A stretch of 64,000 nt of DNA from an uncultured Actinomycetota bacterium (lineage in GTDB: Bacteria; Actinomycetota; Thermoleophilia; RBG-16-64-13), in assembly GCA_963843455.1 (NCBI GenBank), contig CAWJKE010000007.1, forward strand, positions 102,501-166,500, written 5' to 3'. Below the pieces are notes generated by a model, which made no database searches, was not told where the DNA came from, and was given only the letters and a program-made list of their open reading frames with translations. A program made the translations under genes and the position numbers. This document shows positions 56,029 to 64,000 of this stretch, one piece after another (position 1 is the first letter of the stretch; the number at the start of each line of letters is the position of its first letter).

Positions 56029-57143
56029 CACCGGGGATATCGGTGCTCTTCGAACCGACGGCCATTCGGGGAATGACACTGGCGAATCGTTTCGTGCGGT
56101 CGGCTACCTGGGAAGGTTTGGCCGACGCGGAGGGTGGCGCCACGCCGGAGCTGGCCCGCCTCTACGCGGGATTCGCCCGGGGCAAGGTGGGACTCATCAT
56201 CAGCAGCCACGCCTTCGTGAGCCCTGAGGGGAGAGCGGGCAGCCTGCAGCTCGGGGTACACGAGGATTCCATGATCCCCGGTCTGCGGAGCGTGGCGGCG
56301 GCGATACACGAGGCCGGCGGCAAGTTGGCGCTGCAGATAGCGCACGCCGGGCTGTGGGCAGCCGCGACGCCCACCGAGGCGGCGCAGCCCCTCGGCCCCT
56401 CGGTGCGGCAGACCGAGACAGGCCCCGTCGGCCGGGAGATGTCGCGGGCCGACATCGCGGTTGTTACCGAGGTGTTCGCTGCAGCGGCTGGCCGGGCGAA
56501 GGTCGCGGGTTGCGACGCGGTCCAGATCCACGGCGCTCACGGCTACCTGCTGAGCGAGTTCCTTTCGCCGCTGTTCAACAAACGGGAGGACAAGTACGGA
56601 GGCAGCGTGGCCAACCGGGCTCGATTGGTCGTCGAGGTGATCAGGGCGGTGCGGGCCGAGGTCGGTGCCGACTACCCGGTGCTCATCAAGACGAACTCCG
56701 AGGACTTTGTAGCCGGCGGGCTGAGTGTTGACGACATGCTGGAGAGCGCGGTGCTTATCGCCGAGGCCGGGGTGGACGCCATCGAGCTCAGCGGGGGCAC
56801 CAGTCTTTCCGGCGATCTAGGCCCCATCCGCACCCGCGCCGGCATCCCTCAGGATCGCGAAGCCTACTACCAGGACGCCGGTCTAAGGCTCAAGCAGAAG
56901 GTGAGTGTATCCGTCATGCTGGTCGGCGGCATCAGAACCTTTGAGGAGGCGGAGAGGCTCGTCGCCGGTGAATATGCCGACTATCTCGCCTTGTCGCGCC
57001 CGTTCATCTGCGAGCCAGACCTCGTGGCCCGCTGGGAAGGCGGCGACCGAGCCCCATCAGCCTGCCGGTCGGACAACCGCTGCTACTACAAGGGCCTGAA
57101 GCGGGAGGGGATGTACTGCGTACACGTCAAGGCCAAGCAATGA
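56025..57143 (+). CDS. NADH:flavin oxidoreductase (Old Yellow Enzyme family)
   Basis: LANRFVRSATWEG, HGAHGYLLSEFLSPLFNKREDKYGGS, catalytic triad region - OYE/NemA-type. ATGA overlap with MBL gene. Confidence 0.85.
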   Translation: MTPGISVLFEPTAIRGMTLANRFVRSATWEGLADAEGGATPELARLYAGFARGKVGLIISSHAFVSPEGRAGSLQLGVHEDSMIPGLRSVAAAIHEAGGKLALQIAHAGLWAAATPTEAAQPLGPSVRQTETGPVGREMSRADIAVVTEVFAAAAGRAKVAGCDAVQIHGAHGYLLSEFLSPLFNKREDKYGGSVANRARLVVEVIRAVRAEVGADYPVLIKTNSEDFVAGGLSVDDMLESAVLIAEAGVDAIELSGGTSLSGDLGPIRTRAGIPQDREAYYQDAGLRLKQKVSVSVMLVGGIRTFEEAERLVAGEYADYLALSRPFICEPDLVARWEGGDRAPSACRSDNRCYYKGLKREGMYCVHVKAKQ

Positions 57144-58117
57144 GCGAGCCGAAAAAGCCACGAATCGCCGTGATCGGCGCCGGCATGATGGGGCAGGGGT
57201 GTAGCCAGGCCTTCGCGACGGCCGGCTTCGAGGTTCGACTGCAGAGCCTCGACGACCAACTGTTTCGCGGGGTCCGCGATCGTATCCGCGGCGACCTGGC
57301 CTTTCTCGCCGAACGCGGCCTTGGCTCCCCCGAGGAAGTCGACGGAACCCTCGCGCTGATCACTACCACGACGCGGCTCCACGAGGCTCTCGAGGGCGCC
57401 GATTTCGTCCTCGAGTGCATCTTCGAGGACCTCGAGGCCAAGCGGAGCCTCTTCCGGCAGATGGAGGCGGTCGTCGCTCCAAACACCATCTTGGCGACCA
57501 ACACGTCGGTCATCCGGATATCGGAGATCGCGGAGGCCTGCTTGCTGCCTGAGCGGGTGGTGGGCGCCCACTGGTGGAACCCCGCCTACCTCATCCCCAT
57601 CGTGGAGATAATCCCGGGGGAGAGGACCACCGAGGAGACCGTCGAGCGGACCACCCGCCTGATGCGGCAGGCCGGCAAATTGCCTGTCTACGTTAAGAAG
57701 GACGTTCCCGGGTTCGTTGGCAACCGCCTGCTTCACGCCCTCTACCGGGAAGCGATGTCCATCGTCGAGCAAGGGATCGCCGACGCCGATACCGTCGACC
57801 TGGTACTCAAGTACGGGCCGGGGATGCGCTTTCAGGTCATGGCACCCTTCGAGCACATGGACATGGTGGGCCTGGATCTCGCCATCGCAGTGGAGAGCTA
57901 TCTGTGGCCGCATCTGGAAGACTCGCACGAGGTGCTACCGATGCTCACCGACAAGGTGGCCAAGGGTGAGTTGGGATTCAAGACCGGGGGCATCGGCTTC
58001 CACACCTGGACGCCCGAGGAACAGACGGCATTCCGGGAGAACCTGCTGGATCATCTGGCCAAGCAGGCGGCCGCAGGCGCGCTCGAGCGAGGCAGGCGCG
58101 CCACTTCGGGCTCCTGA
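57140..58117 (+). CDS. 3-hydroxyacyl-CoA dehydrogenase family protein
   Basis: IAVIGAGMMGQG NAD-binding, NTSVIRISEI, GFVGNRLL (3HCDH N- and C-domains). ATGA overlap with OYE gene. Confidence 0.85.
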   Translation: MSEPKKPRIAVIGAGMMGQGCSQAFATAGFEVRLQSLDDQLFRGVRDRIRGDLAFLAERGLGSPEEVDGTLALITTTTRLHEALEGADFVLECIFEDLEAKRSLFRQMEAVVAPNTILATNTSVIRISEIAEACLLPERVVGAHWWNPAYLIPIVEIIPGERTTEETVERTTRLMRQAGKLPVYVKKDVPGFVGNRLLHALYREAMSIVEQGIADADTVDLVLKYGPGMRFQVMAPFEHMDMVGLDLAIAVESYLWPHLEDSHEVLPMLTDKVAKGELGFKTGGIGFHTWTPEEQTAFRENLLDHLAKQAAAGALERGRRATSGS

Positions 58118-58188
58118 CCGAGGTATATCCGCCTCCTGCACGATCGTACTCCGACTTGAAAGGGTCCTTGCATCTGGCGCGAGGGGAG

Positions 58189-58212
58189 CGTTATACTTCC
58201 AGCAATATAACC
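58189..58212. promoter_or_regulatory. palindromic operator-like motif upstream of modA (possible ModE-type molybdate-responsive site)
   Basis: cgTTATACttccagcaaTATAACc, a 6-bp inverted repeat; a near-identical site precedes modB. Confidence 0.3.
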
Positions 58213-58249
58213 CTCCGGCCGGCGAGGCCGGGCCGACAAGGAGTGGTCC

Positions 58250-59167
58250 ATGCGTCACAGGTTGTCCCGTACGTCCTTCACAGCGATGGCAGTCACGATA
58301 CTGCTGGTCTTGCTCGTCACCGCGTTAGCGGCCTGCGGGTCCGAGGGAGTAACCACGACCAGTTCGGGCGCGGCCACCACGACCACCAACGCGCCGACCG
58401 ACACCACCGGCGCCCCGAGCACGACGACGAGTGCCGCAAGCACCAGCACGTCGGCGGCCGCGGAGGTACAGGAAATCATCGTCTCCGCCGCCTCCAGCCT
58501 GAAAGCGGCCTTCACCGAGATAGGCAAGGCGTACGACGCCACCAATAATTCCAAGACGACCTTCAACTTTGACGCGTCGGGGACCCTGCAGAAGCAGATA
58601 GAGGGGGGTGCGCCGGTTGACGTGTTCGCCTCGGCCGCCACGAAACAGGTCAAAGCCCTCGTGGACCAGAAACTGGTCGATGCCGATTCGGTCAAGACGT
58701 TCGCCGGCAACCAGATCGTGCTGGTCGTCCCAGCCGATTCGAAGCTGGGGATCACAGGCTTCCAGGACCTGACCAGAGCCGACGTCAAGAAGATCACCTA
58801 CGGAGACCCGAAAGTCGCTCCTCATGGCGTGGCCGCCGAGCAGATCCTTAACAAGCTGGGCATCTTCGACCAGGTGAAGCCCAAGGTCATCTACGCTACT
58901 AACGTCTCCCAAGCGCTGGAGTACGTCTCCACTGGTGAGGTTGACGCCGCAATCATCTTCGCGACCGAAGCCAAGGCCGGAGGGGACAAGGTCAAGGTCA
59001 TCGCCGCGGCCGACCAGAGTTGGTTCACCCCGGTCGCCTACCCCATTGGCATCGTCACGGCAAGCAAGGCGAAGGCCCTAGGTCAGTCGTTCATCGACTA
59101 CGTGGTGGGACCCGACGGCCAGTCGATTCTCCAGAAGTACGGATTCCTTCCGGCTCCGACCCAGTAG
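58250..59167 (+). CDS. modA: molybdate ABC transporter substrate-binding protein
   Basis: Lipobox LAACGS, Thr-rich linker, ModA-type PBP-II motifs (IIVSAASSLKAAFTEIG..., DVFASA, AAIIFATEA). Confidence 0.85.
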   Translation: MRHRLSRTSFTAMAVTILLVLLVTALAACGSEGVTTTSSGAATTTTNAPTDTTGAPSTTTSAASTSTSAAAEVQEIIVSAASSLKAAFTEIGKAYDATNNSKTTFNFDASGTLQKQIEGGAPVDVFASAATKQVKALVDQKLVDADSVKTFAGNQIVLVVPADSKLGITGFQDLTRADVKKITYGDPKVAPHGVAAEQILNKLGIFDQVKPKVIYATNVSQALEYVSTGEVDAAIIFATEAKAGGDKVKVIAAADQSWFTPVAYPIGIVTASKAKALGQSFIDYVVGPDGQSILQKYGFLPAPTQ

Positions 59168-59188
59168 CGCCCGAGACAATCCCCCGTC

Positions 59189-59229
59189 ACTGGGAGAGGG
59201 CGGCGCTCGACCCGCTGTCCTCTCCCAGT
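59189..59229 (+). promoter_or_regulatory. intercistronic stem-loop between modA and modB
   Basis: Perfect 11-bp inverted repeat ACTGGGAGAGG ... CCTCTCCCAGT with 19-nt loop, 22 nt after modA stop; no U-tract, so likely an mRNA stability/processing element rather than a terminator. Confidence 0.4.
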
Positions 59230-59258
59230 CTGTCTCGCTTGCAGGGTCCGCCCCCTGG

Positions 59259-59282
59259 CCTTATACTGCCGACGGTATAACG
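59259..59282. promoter_or_regulatory. second palindromic operator-like motif, upstream of modB
   Basis: ccTTATACtgccgacgGTATAAcg, same half-sites as the site before modA, 27 nt before the modB start. Confidence 0.3.
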
Positions 59283-59308
59283 CTAAGCTCGCGTGTGGCA
59301 GGTGTGTC

Positions 59309-59980
59309 ATGAGCGTTCTCTTCCCGCTACGTCTCTCTTTGCAGGTCGCCGCCGTGGCGACTGTTTTCGGGCTCATCATCGGCGTCCCCCTTTCCTATGT
59401 GCTTGCCAGGAAGCGCTTTTGGGGCAAGGAGTTCCTCGACCTGGTCCTGACCTTGCCCATGGTGCTTCCTCCGGTCGTGACCGGCTACATACTTCTCCTG
59501 CTGATCGGTAACAACGGGGTCATCGGGAGGGCGTTCGAATCAGTGACGGGTCGTGAGCTCGGCATCGTGTTCACGTGGCAAGCAGCCGCCCTCGCCTCGT
59601 TCGTGGTCTCGTTCCCCTTCCTGATCAAGACGGCCCGCGTGGCCATGGAGGCGGTCGATCAGAACCTTCTGAACGCGTCGTACACTTTGGGGCGTGGCGA
59701 GATCTACACGGCCGCCCATGTGGTGCTGCCCCTCTCGGCGCGAGGTGTCATGGCGGGCGCGACACTCGCGTTCGCTCGGGCCATGGGCGAGTTCGGGGCC
59801 ACTATCATGGTGGCGGGGAACTTCCCGGGACACACTACGACCATGCCGATCGCCATCTACTCGGAGACGATGGGGGGTTCGTGGAGCTCCGCGTGGTGGA
59901 TGGTGGCGATCTTCGTCCTCGTCGCCGGCGTGGTGATGTATGTCTCCAACCGGCTGGGGCGAAAGGCCGTCAAGGCCTAG
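59309..59980 (+). CDS. modB: molybdate ABC transporter permease
   Basis: ModB-type 5-TM permease with EAA-like loop (ASYTLGRGEIYTAAHVVLPLSARGVMAGATLAFARAMGEFGAT). Confidence 0.85.
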   Translation: MSVLFPLRLSLQVAAVATVFGLIIGVPLSYVLARKRFWGKEFLDLVLTLPMVLPPVVTGYILLLLIGNNGVIGRAFESVTGRELGIVFTWQAAALASFVVSFPFLIKTARVAMEAVDQNLLNASYTLGRGEIYTAAHVVLPLSARGVMAGATLAFARAMGEFGATIMVAGNFPGHTTTMPIAIYSETMGGSWSSAWWMVAIFVLVAGVVMYVSNRLGRKAVKA

Positions 59981-60055
59981 GAAGGCGGGGCTAGGCGGGG
60001 TCGCTTCATACGGGGTGGAAGGCTGCGCTCAATCTGCTCGAAGCACTTGTTGGGG

Positions 60056-60853
60056 TCATCCGAATCTTTGCGAGATCTCCCTTGCAGCGCTCCGGAGCGT
60101 CGCGGCGTGCTTCAGCATAGCCTCTTCCGAAGCCCGCTCGATGGGTACGACTATGGTGAGCGCCCCGACCAAGTGGCCTCGCCGGTCGAAGAGCGGGACG
60201 CCCACCGCTGGGGCGTCGGCGTTCCATTCCGACCAGTCGAACGCGACCCCGTCGCGTCGGATGGCGCTCCACTTGACACGCAGGGCCTCGGGATCGGTGA
60301 CGGTGCTGACCGTACGAGGTTGGATAGGCTTGGCAAGGATCCGGTCCCAATTCTCTTCGGGGCCGAAGGCAATGAGCACCATCGCATCGGCACTGGCCAC
60401 TCCTTCGAGAAGCATGCCGTTGAACGTGAGCGACTTGAACGAACGCATGGTCGGCACCGTGTCGAGGATCAGCGGGCCTTGGTCCGTCCAGACCGAGAGG
60501 ATGGAGGTCTCGGTGGTTTCCTTCATAAGGCTGACCAGATAGGGGTGGATGATCCGGACGAGCTCATTGTGGGACGTCGCCAGGTAGAGGGCTTTGAGCA
60601 CTGCGGATCCGAGATGATATTTCCCCGCGTCAGCGTCATAGGCCACCCAGTTAGAGGCTTCCAGCGTCTTCATGAGGCGGCGCGTGGTGGCCTTGGGCAG
60701 TCCGGCCCGCTCGCGCAGTTCGCGTAGCGTCCATTCCGGATGGTCGTGATCGAAGATGCCGAGAAGGAACAGGCCCTTCTCGAGTGTCTTCGTGGGCGCT
60801 CCCTGGGCGGTGTCCGTGGACGTCTCGGTCCTGTTCTCCAACATATCGGTCAT
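60056..60853 (-). CDS. IclR family transcriptional regulator
   Basis: N-terminal wHTH (LEKGLFLLGIFDHDHPEWTLRELRERAGLPKATTRRLMKTLE) and C-terminal IclR effector domain. Confidence 0.85.
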   Translation of the reverse strand: MTDMLENRTETSTDTAQGAPTKTLEKGLFLLGIFDHDHPEWTLRELRERAGLPKATTRRLMKTLEASNWVAYDADAGKYHLGSAVLKALYLATSHNELVRIIHPYLVSLMKETTETSILSVWTDQGPLILDTVPTMRSFKSLTFNGMLLEGVASADAMVLIAFGPEENWDRILAKPIQPRTVSTVTDPEALRVKWSAIRRDGVAFDWSEWNADAPAVGVPLFDRRGHLVGALTIVVPIERASEEAMLKHAATLRSAAREISQRFG

Positions 60854-60996
60854 GGTTCCTCACCCGTTGACAGGTAATCGGCGCGGTGCTAGCGTGTGCA
60901 TCAGGTTCAAATAGTAGCACCACCAGGGTCAGAAAATGAACCAGTTGAGCAGCGGGTCAAGAGCAACATTCTGTTTCTTAGGAGGAGGGGGTTCTG

Positions 60997-62442
60997 ATGT
61001 TCGAGGAGAGCAAGAGCGTCAGCCGGCGTGAATTCTTGAAGGTCGCGGGGATCGCGGGAGCGACCCTAGGGGCAGGCGCCGGCCTCGGCGGACTACTGGC
61101 GGCCTGCGGTAGTGAAGAGACCACCACGACCACCGCGGCGCCGGCTACCACGACCACCGCGGCGCCGGCTACCACCACTACCGCCGCGGCTGCGGAAACC
61201 ACCACCACGAGTGTCGGTGTCGAGACCGGCCGGCCGATCAAGGTAGGTTTCGTGGACCCGATCACCGGCCCGTTGGCGGCCTTCGGCGTGGCGGGCAGCT
61301 ACTGCGTCGCCAAATGGACCGAGGAGACCGCCAAAGGCGTCTTGCTCGGCGACGGCAAGAGCCACACCTTCGAGTTCGAGGTCGTCGACAGCCAGTCGGA
61401 CACCAATCGCGCCTCCCAGGTCACTGCGGACCTGATCAACAACACCAAGGTCGACCTGGTCATGGCCGCGGCGACGGGCGACACCGTGGCGCCGGTCGCG
61501 GATATGTGCGAGGGCAGCGGGATGCCGTGCCTCTCCATCGACGTCCCCGTCGAAGTCTTCGTCTTCCAGCGCGGCGGCGCCCCGGACAAACCGTTCAAGT
61601 GGACGTACAACCTGTTCTGGGGGCTGACCGAGCAGCAGACGGTCGAGTGGGACATGTTCGCCCAGGTGGACAACAACAAGAAGATCGGCGCCGTGTGGCC
61701 CAACAGCGGTCCCGGTAACGCGTACCGGCAGGCGTACGGCGGCAGCAAGGACTGGCCGGCCAAGGGCTACACGTTCGTCGACAGCGGCCCCTACGTGCAG
61801 CCGAGCGAGGACTTCACCAAGCAGATCGCCCAGTTCAAGAAGGAAGGCTGCGAGATCATGCAGGGCGTCATGATCGACCCCGACTGGAACACGTTTACCA
61901 AGCAGGCCGCGCAGCAGGGCTTCAAGCCGAAGATCATGGAGGGGATCATCCCTACCCTGTTCCCGACCAGCATGGAGTCCTACGGAAAAGCGGCCGACGG
62001 GCAGTGCGGCGTGCAGTGGTTCCATCCCACCTTCCCGTTCAAGTCGTCGCTGACCGGCGCCACCTGCCAGGAGATGTGCGACGACTTCGAGAAGGTCAAG
62101 GGCATGCAGTGGCAGCAGTGCATCATGCACTACGCCGTCGGCGAATGGGCTGTCGACTGCTTCAAGCGGACCACGAACATCGACGACAGGGAAGAGTTCA
62201 TCAAACGGGTGCAGGAGACCAAGATGGCCGACTCGCTCGCCGGCCCCATCGACTACACGGTGCCGGTACAGTGGGGTACGTCGCATCCGACGCTCAACTG
62301 CGTCACCACTCCCACGTACGGTGGCCAGTGGCGGCTCTCGAACGGTGGCAAGTACATGTTTGACCTGGTGGTCGTGAGCAACGTCACCACCCCGGTCGTC
62401 GAGGTGCAGAACAAACTGCAGCCTATGCCCTGGGTCGGATAG
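60997..62442 (+). CDS. ABC transporter substrate-binding lipoprotein (type-I periplasmic binding fold, substrate unknown)
   Basis: Tat-like signal SRREFLKVAGIAGA plus lipobox LAACGS, Thr/Ala repeat linker, PBP-type I domain (IKVGFVDPITGPLAAFG...). Confidence 0.7.
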   Translation: MFEESKSVSRREFLKVAGIAGATLGAGAGLGGLLAACGSEETTTTTAAPATTTTAAPATTTTAAAAETTTTSVGVETGRPIKVGFVDPITGPLAAFGVAGSYCVAKWTEETAKGVLLGDGKSHTFEFEVVDSQSDTNRASQVTADLINNTKVDLVMAAATGDTVAPVADMCEGSGMPCLSIDVPVEVFVFQRGGAPDKPFKWTYNLFWGLTEQQTVEWDMFAQVDNNKKIGAVWPNSGPGNAYRQAYGGSKDWPAKGYTFVDSGPYVQPSEDFTKQIAQFKKEGCEIMQGVMIDPDWNTFTKQAAQQGFKPKIMEGIIPTLFPTSMESYGKAADGQCGVQWFHPTFPFKSSLTGATCQEMCDDFEKVKGMQWQQCIMHYAVGEWAVDCFKRTTNIDDREEFIKRVQETKMADSLAGPIDYTVPVQWGTSHPTLNCVTTPTYGGQWRLSNGGKYMFDLVVVSNVTTPVVEVQNKLQPMPWVG

Positions 62443-62617
62443 CGCGTTATCAACCCTTGCGGCCGCGGCGCCCCAGGCGCCGCGGCCGCATCCGCATCGT
62501 CTGGTGTACCCTCGCAGATAGCAGAGGATACGGCGGCACCCTCGAGGTCGTGATCGACACTGCCAAACGATACGGCCGTTACAGCTTACCGCTGGCACCG
62601 ATAGAAGGGACATGTTG

Positions 62618-64000
62618 ATGGGAAACGCTTTCCCCCGTCTGTTCGAGGCGGGCCACATCGCCGATATCGCGCTCAAGAACCGCATCGTCAAGGCCCCGCA
62701 GCACACGGGCCTGGCCAACCCCGACGGCTCCATCACCGAGCGTCTGCTCCGCTACTACAAAGAGGTGGCGCAGGGCGGCTGCGCGATGGTGGTCGTGGAG
62801 TACGCCTGGGTGGACGATCTGTACAGCCGGGCCTCTCCTTGCCAGCTGGGGATTTCGCGCATGGATCATCTTCCCGGCCTGTCACTTCTGTGCGACACCA
62901 TCAAAGCCCAGGGAGCGGTCGCCGGCATCCAGATCTCGCACGCCGGCCGGCAGCGGTTCATACTCGAGCAGCCGAAGGCAGCATCTGAGGTGCCCTGGCC
63001 GGAGATCACCGCCATGGGTTGCCCTATCCCCATCCCACTCACCATTGAGGAGATCGGGGAGATTATCAAGGCCTTCGGCCAGGCGGCCAAGCGCGCGCAG
63101 ACGGCCGGGTTCGACCTGGTGGAGATCCACGCCTGCCACGGCTATCTCATCTCTAACTTCCTTTCGCCCTACTCCAACAAGCGCACAGACTGGTACGGCG
63201 GGGATTTTGAGAACCGCATCCGCCTGCTGATGAACATCGTCAAGGAGATCAAGACCCAGGTAGGTCCCGATTTTCCCGTGGTCTGCCGCCTGAGCGGGAC
63301 CGACTACGAGCCGGACGGGTACGGCATCGAGGAGACCGTGGAACTGGCCAAGCGGCTCGAGATCCGGGGAGTGGCCGCCATCCACATGTCGGGCGGCATC
63401 CACCACACCACCATCCACGAAGTAAGCCCCATGGGCATGTCTCTCGCTCACAACGTCTGGTGCGCCGAAGCGGCGAAGAAAGCGGTATCGATCCCGGTGA
63501 TCGCCTCGGGCTCCATCAACCTGCCCGCGCTTGCCGAAAGCATCCTGGAAGAGGGCAAAGGCGACTTCATCGGCCTAGGCCGGCCGCTCTGGGCCGACCC
63601 GCAGTGGCCGCTCAAGGCCAAGGAAGGGCGTTCCGAGGACATTCGGCCCTGCATCCGCTGCAACGACGGCTGCCTGGCCCGTGGCGACCATATCGCCAAC
63701 ACCGTCAGGTGCACGGTCAACGTGGCCCTATGCCGGGAGGCCGAGTTCGAGATTACGGCCGCCAAACGTCCGATGAAGGTGGCTGTGGTCGGCGGCGGAC
63801 CGGCCGGGATGGAAGCGGCGCGGGTGGCGGCCCTCAAAGGCCACAACGTCACCCTCTACGAAAAGCGCGAACTGGGCGGCGCCCTCGTCGAAGCGGCGCT
63901 TCCTGAGTTCAAGGCGCCTGACCTCGGGCCTCTGAAGGAATACCTCAAGACGCAGGTGCACAAGACCGGGGTCAGGGTGATCGCGAGAGAAGCGACGCTC
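62618..64000 (+). CDS. 2,4-dienoyl-CoA reductase-like NADH:flavin oxidoreductase fused to FAD/NAD(P)-binding domain (3' end beyond window)
   Basis: OYE-type TIM barrel (HACHGYLISNFLSPYSNKRTDWYGG), Cys cluster CIRCNDGC...C, then VAVVGGGPAGMEAAR Rossmann motif. No stop before window end; GAAGGGA RBS. Confidence 0.75.
   Translation, partial: MGNAFPRLFEAGHIADIALKNRIVKAPQHTGLANPDGSITERLLRYYKEVAQGGCAMVVVEYAWVDDLYSRASPCQLGISRMDHLPGLSLLCDTIKAQGAVAGIQISHAGRQRFILEQPKAASEVPWPEITAMGCPIPIPLTIEEIGEIIKAFGQAAKRAQTAGFDLVEIHACHGYLISNFLSPYSNKRTDWYGGDFENRIRLLMNIVKEIKTQVGPDFPVVCRLSGTDYEPDGYGIEETVELAKRLEIRGVAAIHMSGGIHHTTIHEVSPMGMSLAHNVWCAEAAKKAVSIPVIASGSINLPALAESILEEGKGDFIGLGRPLWADPQWPLKAKEGRSEDIRPCIRCNDGCLARGDHIANTVRCTVNVALCREAEFEITAAKRPMKVAVVGGGPAGMEAARVAALKGHNVTLYEKRELGGALVEAALPEFKAPDLGPLKEYLKTQVHKTGVRVIAREATL

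Noticed and set aside
58118-58250. Confident call of a Moco riboswitch upstream of modA
   Set aside because: Only generic hairpins and a CCUCC anti-RBS-like tract are visible, and I cannot reproduce the Moco consensus from memory. It is kept as a hypothesis inside a finding, not as a feature.

Overview
This is a high-GC, gene-dense window, likely from a Gram-positive-like bacterium (Actinobacteria- or Chloroflexi-like). Thr/Ser/Pro-rich linkers, lipobox lipoproteins and Tat-type signals are common. About 65 protein-coding genes can be supported. I found no rRNA or tRNA genes and no CRISPR array.

**Main gene content (by coordinate):**
- An ABC-2 exporter with one ATPase and two tandem paralogous permeases (1-3062, minus strand). 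The second permease runs off the window edge.
- A flavodoxin, a DUF3465 lipoprotein, a FecR-domain protein, and a secreted C39-like peptidase with a C-terminal beta-rich module.
- A nitroreductase and methylglyoxal synthase.
- A degraded IS256-family transposase relic next to the only AT-rich stretch in the window.
- An HD-GYP phosphodiesterase with a 7TM domain, and an MFS transporter coupled to a DUF1385 protein.
- A minus-strand envelope operon: M23 peptidase with a poly-Thr tail, a standalone paralogue of its N-terminal helical domain, a small membrane protein and a lipoprotein. A 171-bp in-frame tandem duplication sits across the peptidase stop and the next gene's start.
- A candidate electron-transfer module: 2x[4Fe-4S] ferredoxin, FAD/NAD(P)H oxidoreductase, a His-rich 5-TM cytochrome-b-like protein, a membrane-anchored 15-heme c7-type cytochrome, and a multicopper oxidase whose reading frame is broken three times. 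It is followed by a cupredoxin lipoprotein and a DUF4418-FtsX-ABC module.
- A liv-type amino-acid ABC operon with a fused LivM-LivG.
- A second, larger DUF1906 (Rv2525c-like) protein with four copies of the same ~95-aa module found on the C39-like peptidase.
- An ECF sigma / anti-sigma pair next to a lipoprotein that shares the anti-sigma factor's outside domain.
- A TetR regulator with a tandem palindromic operator.
- A cell-wall amidase with 21-bp tandem repeats.
- A NuoF/GltD fusion oxidoreductase in a cluster with MBL hydrolase, OYE and 3-hydroxyacyl-CoA dehydrogenase.
- modA and modB without modC, each preceded by the same TTATAC-N8-9-TATAA palindrome and separated by an 11-bp-stem hairpin.
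- An IclR regulator, an ABC substrate-binding protein, and a partial 2,4-dienoyl-CoA-reductase-like gene at the window edge.

Several apparent frameshifts (three in the multicopper oxidase, one in a lipoprotein) are either real pseudogenisation or indel errors in G/C runs. This should be checked against reads.
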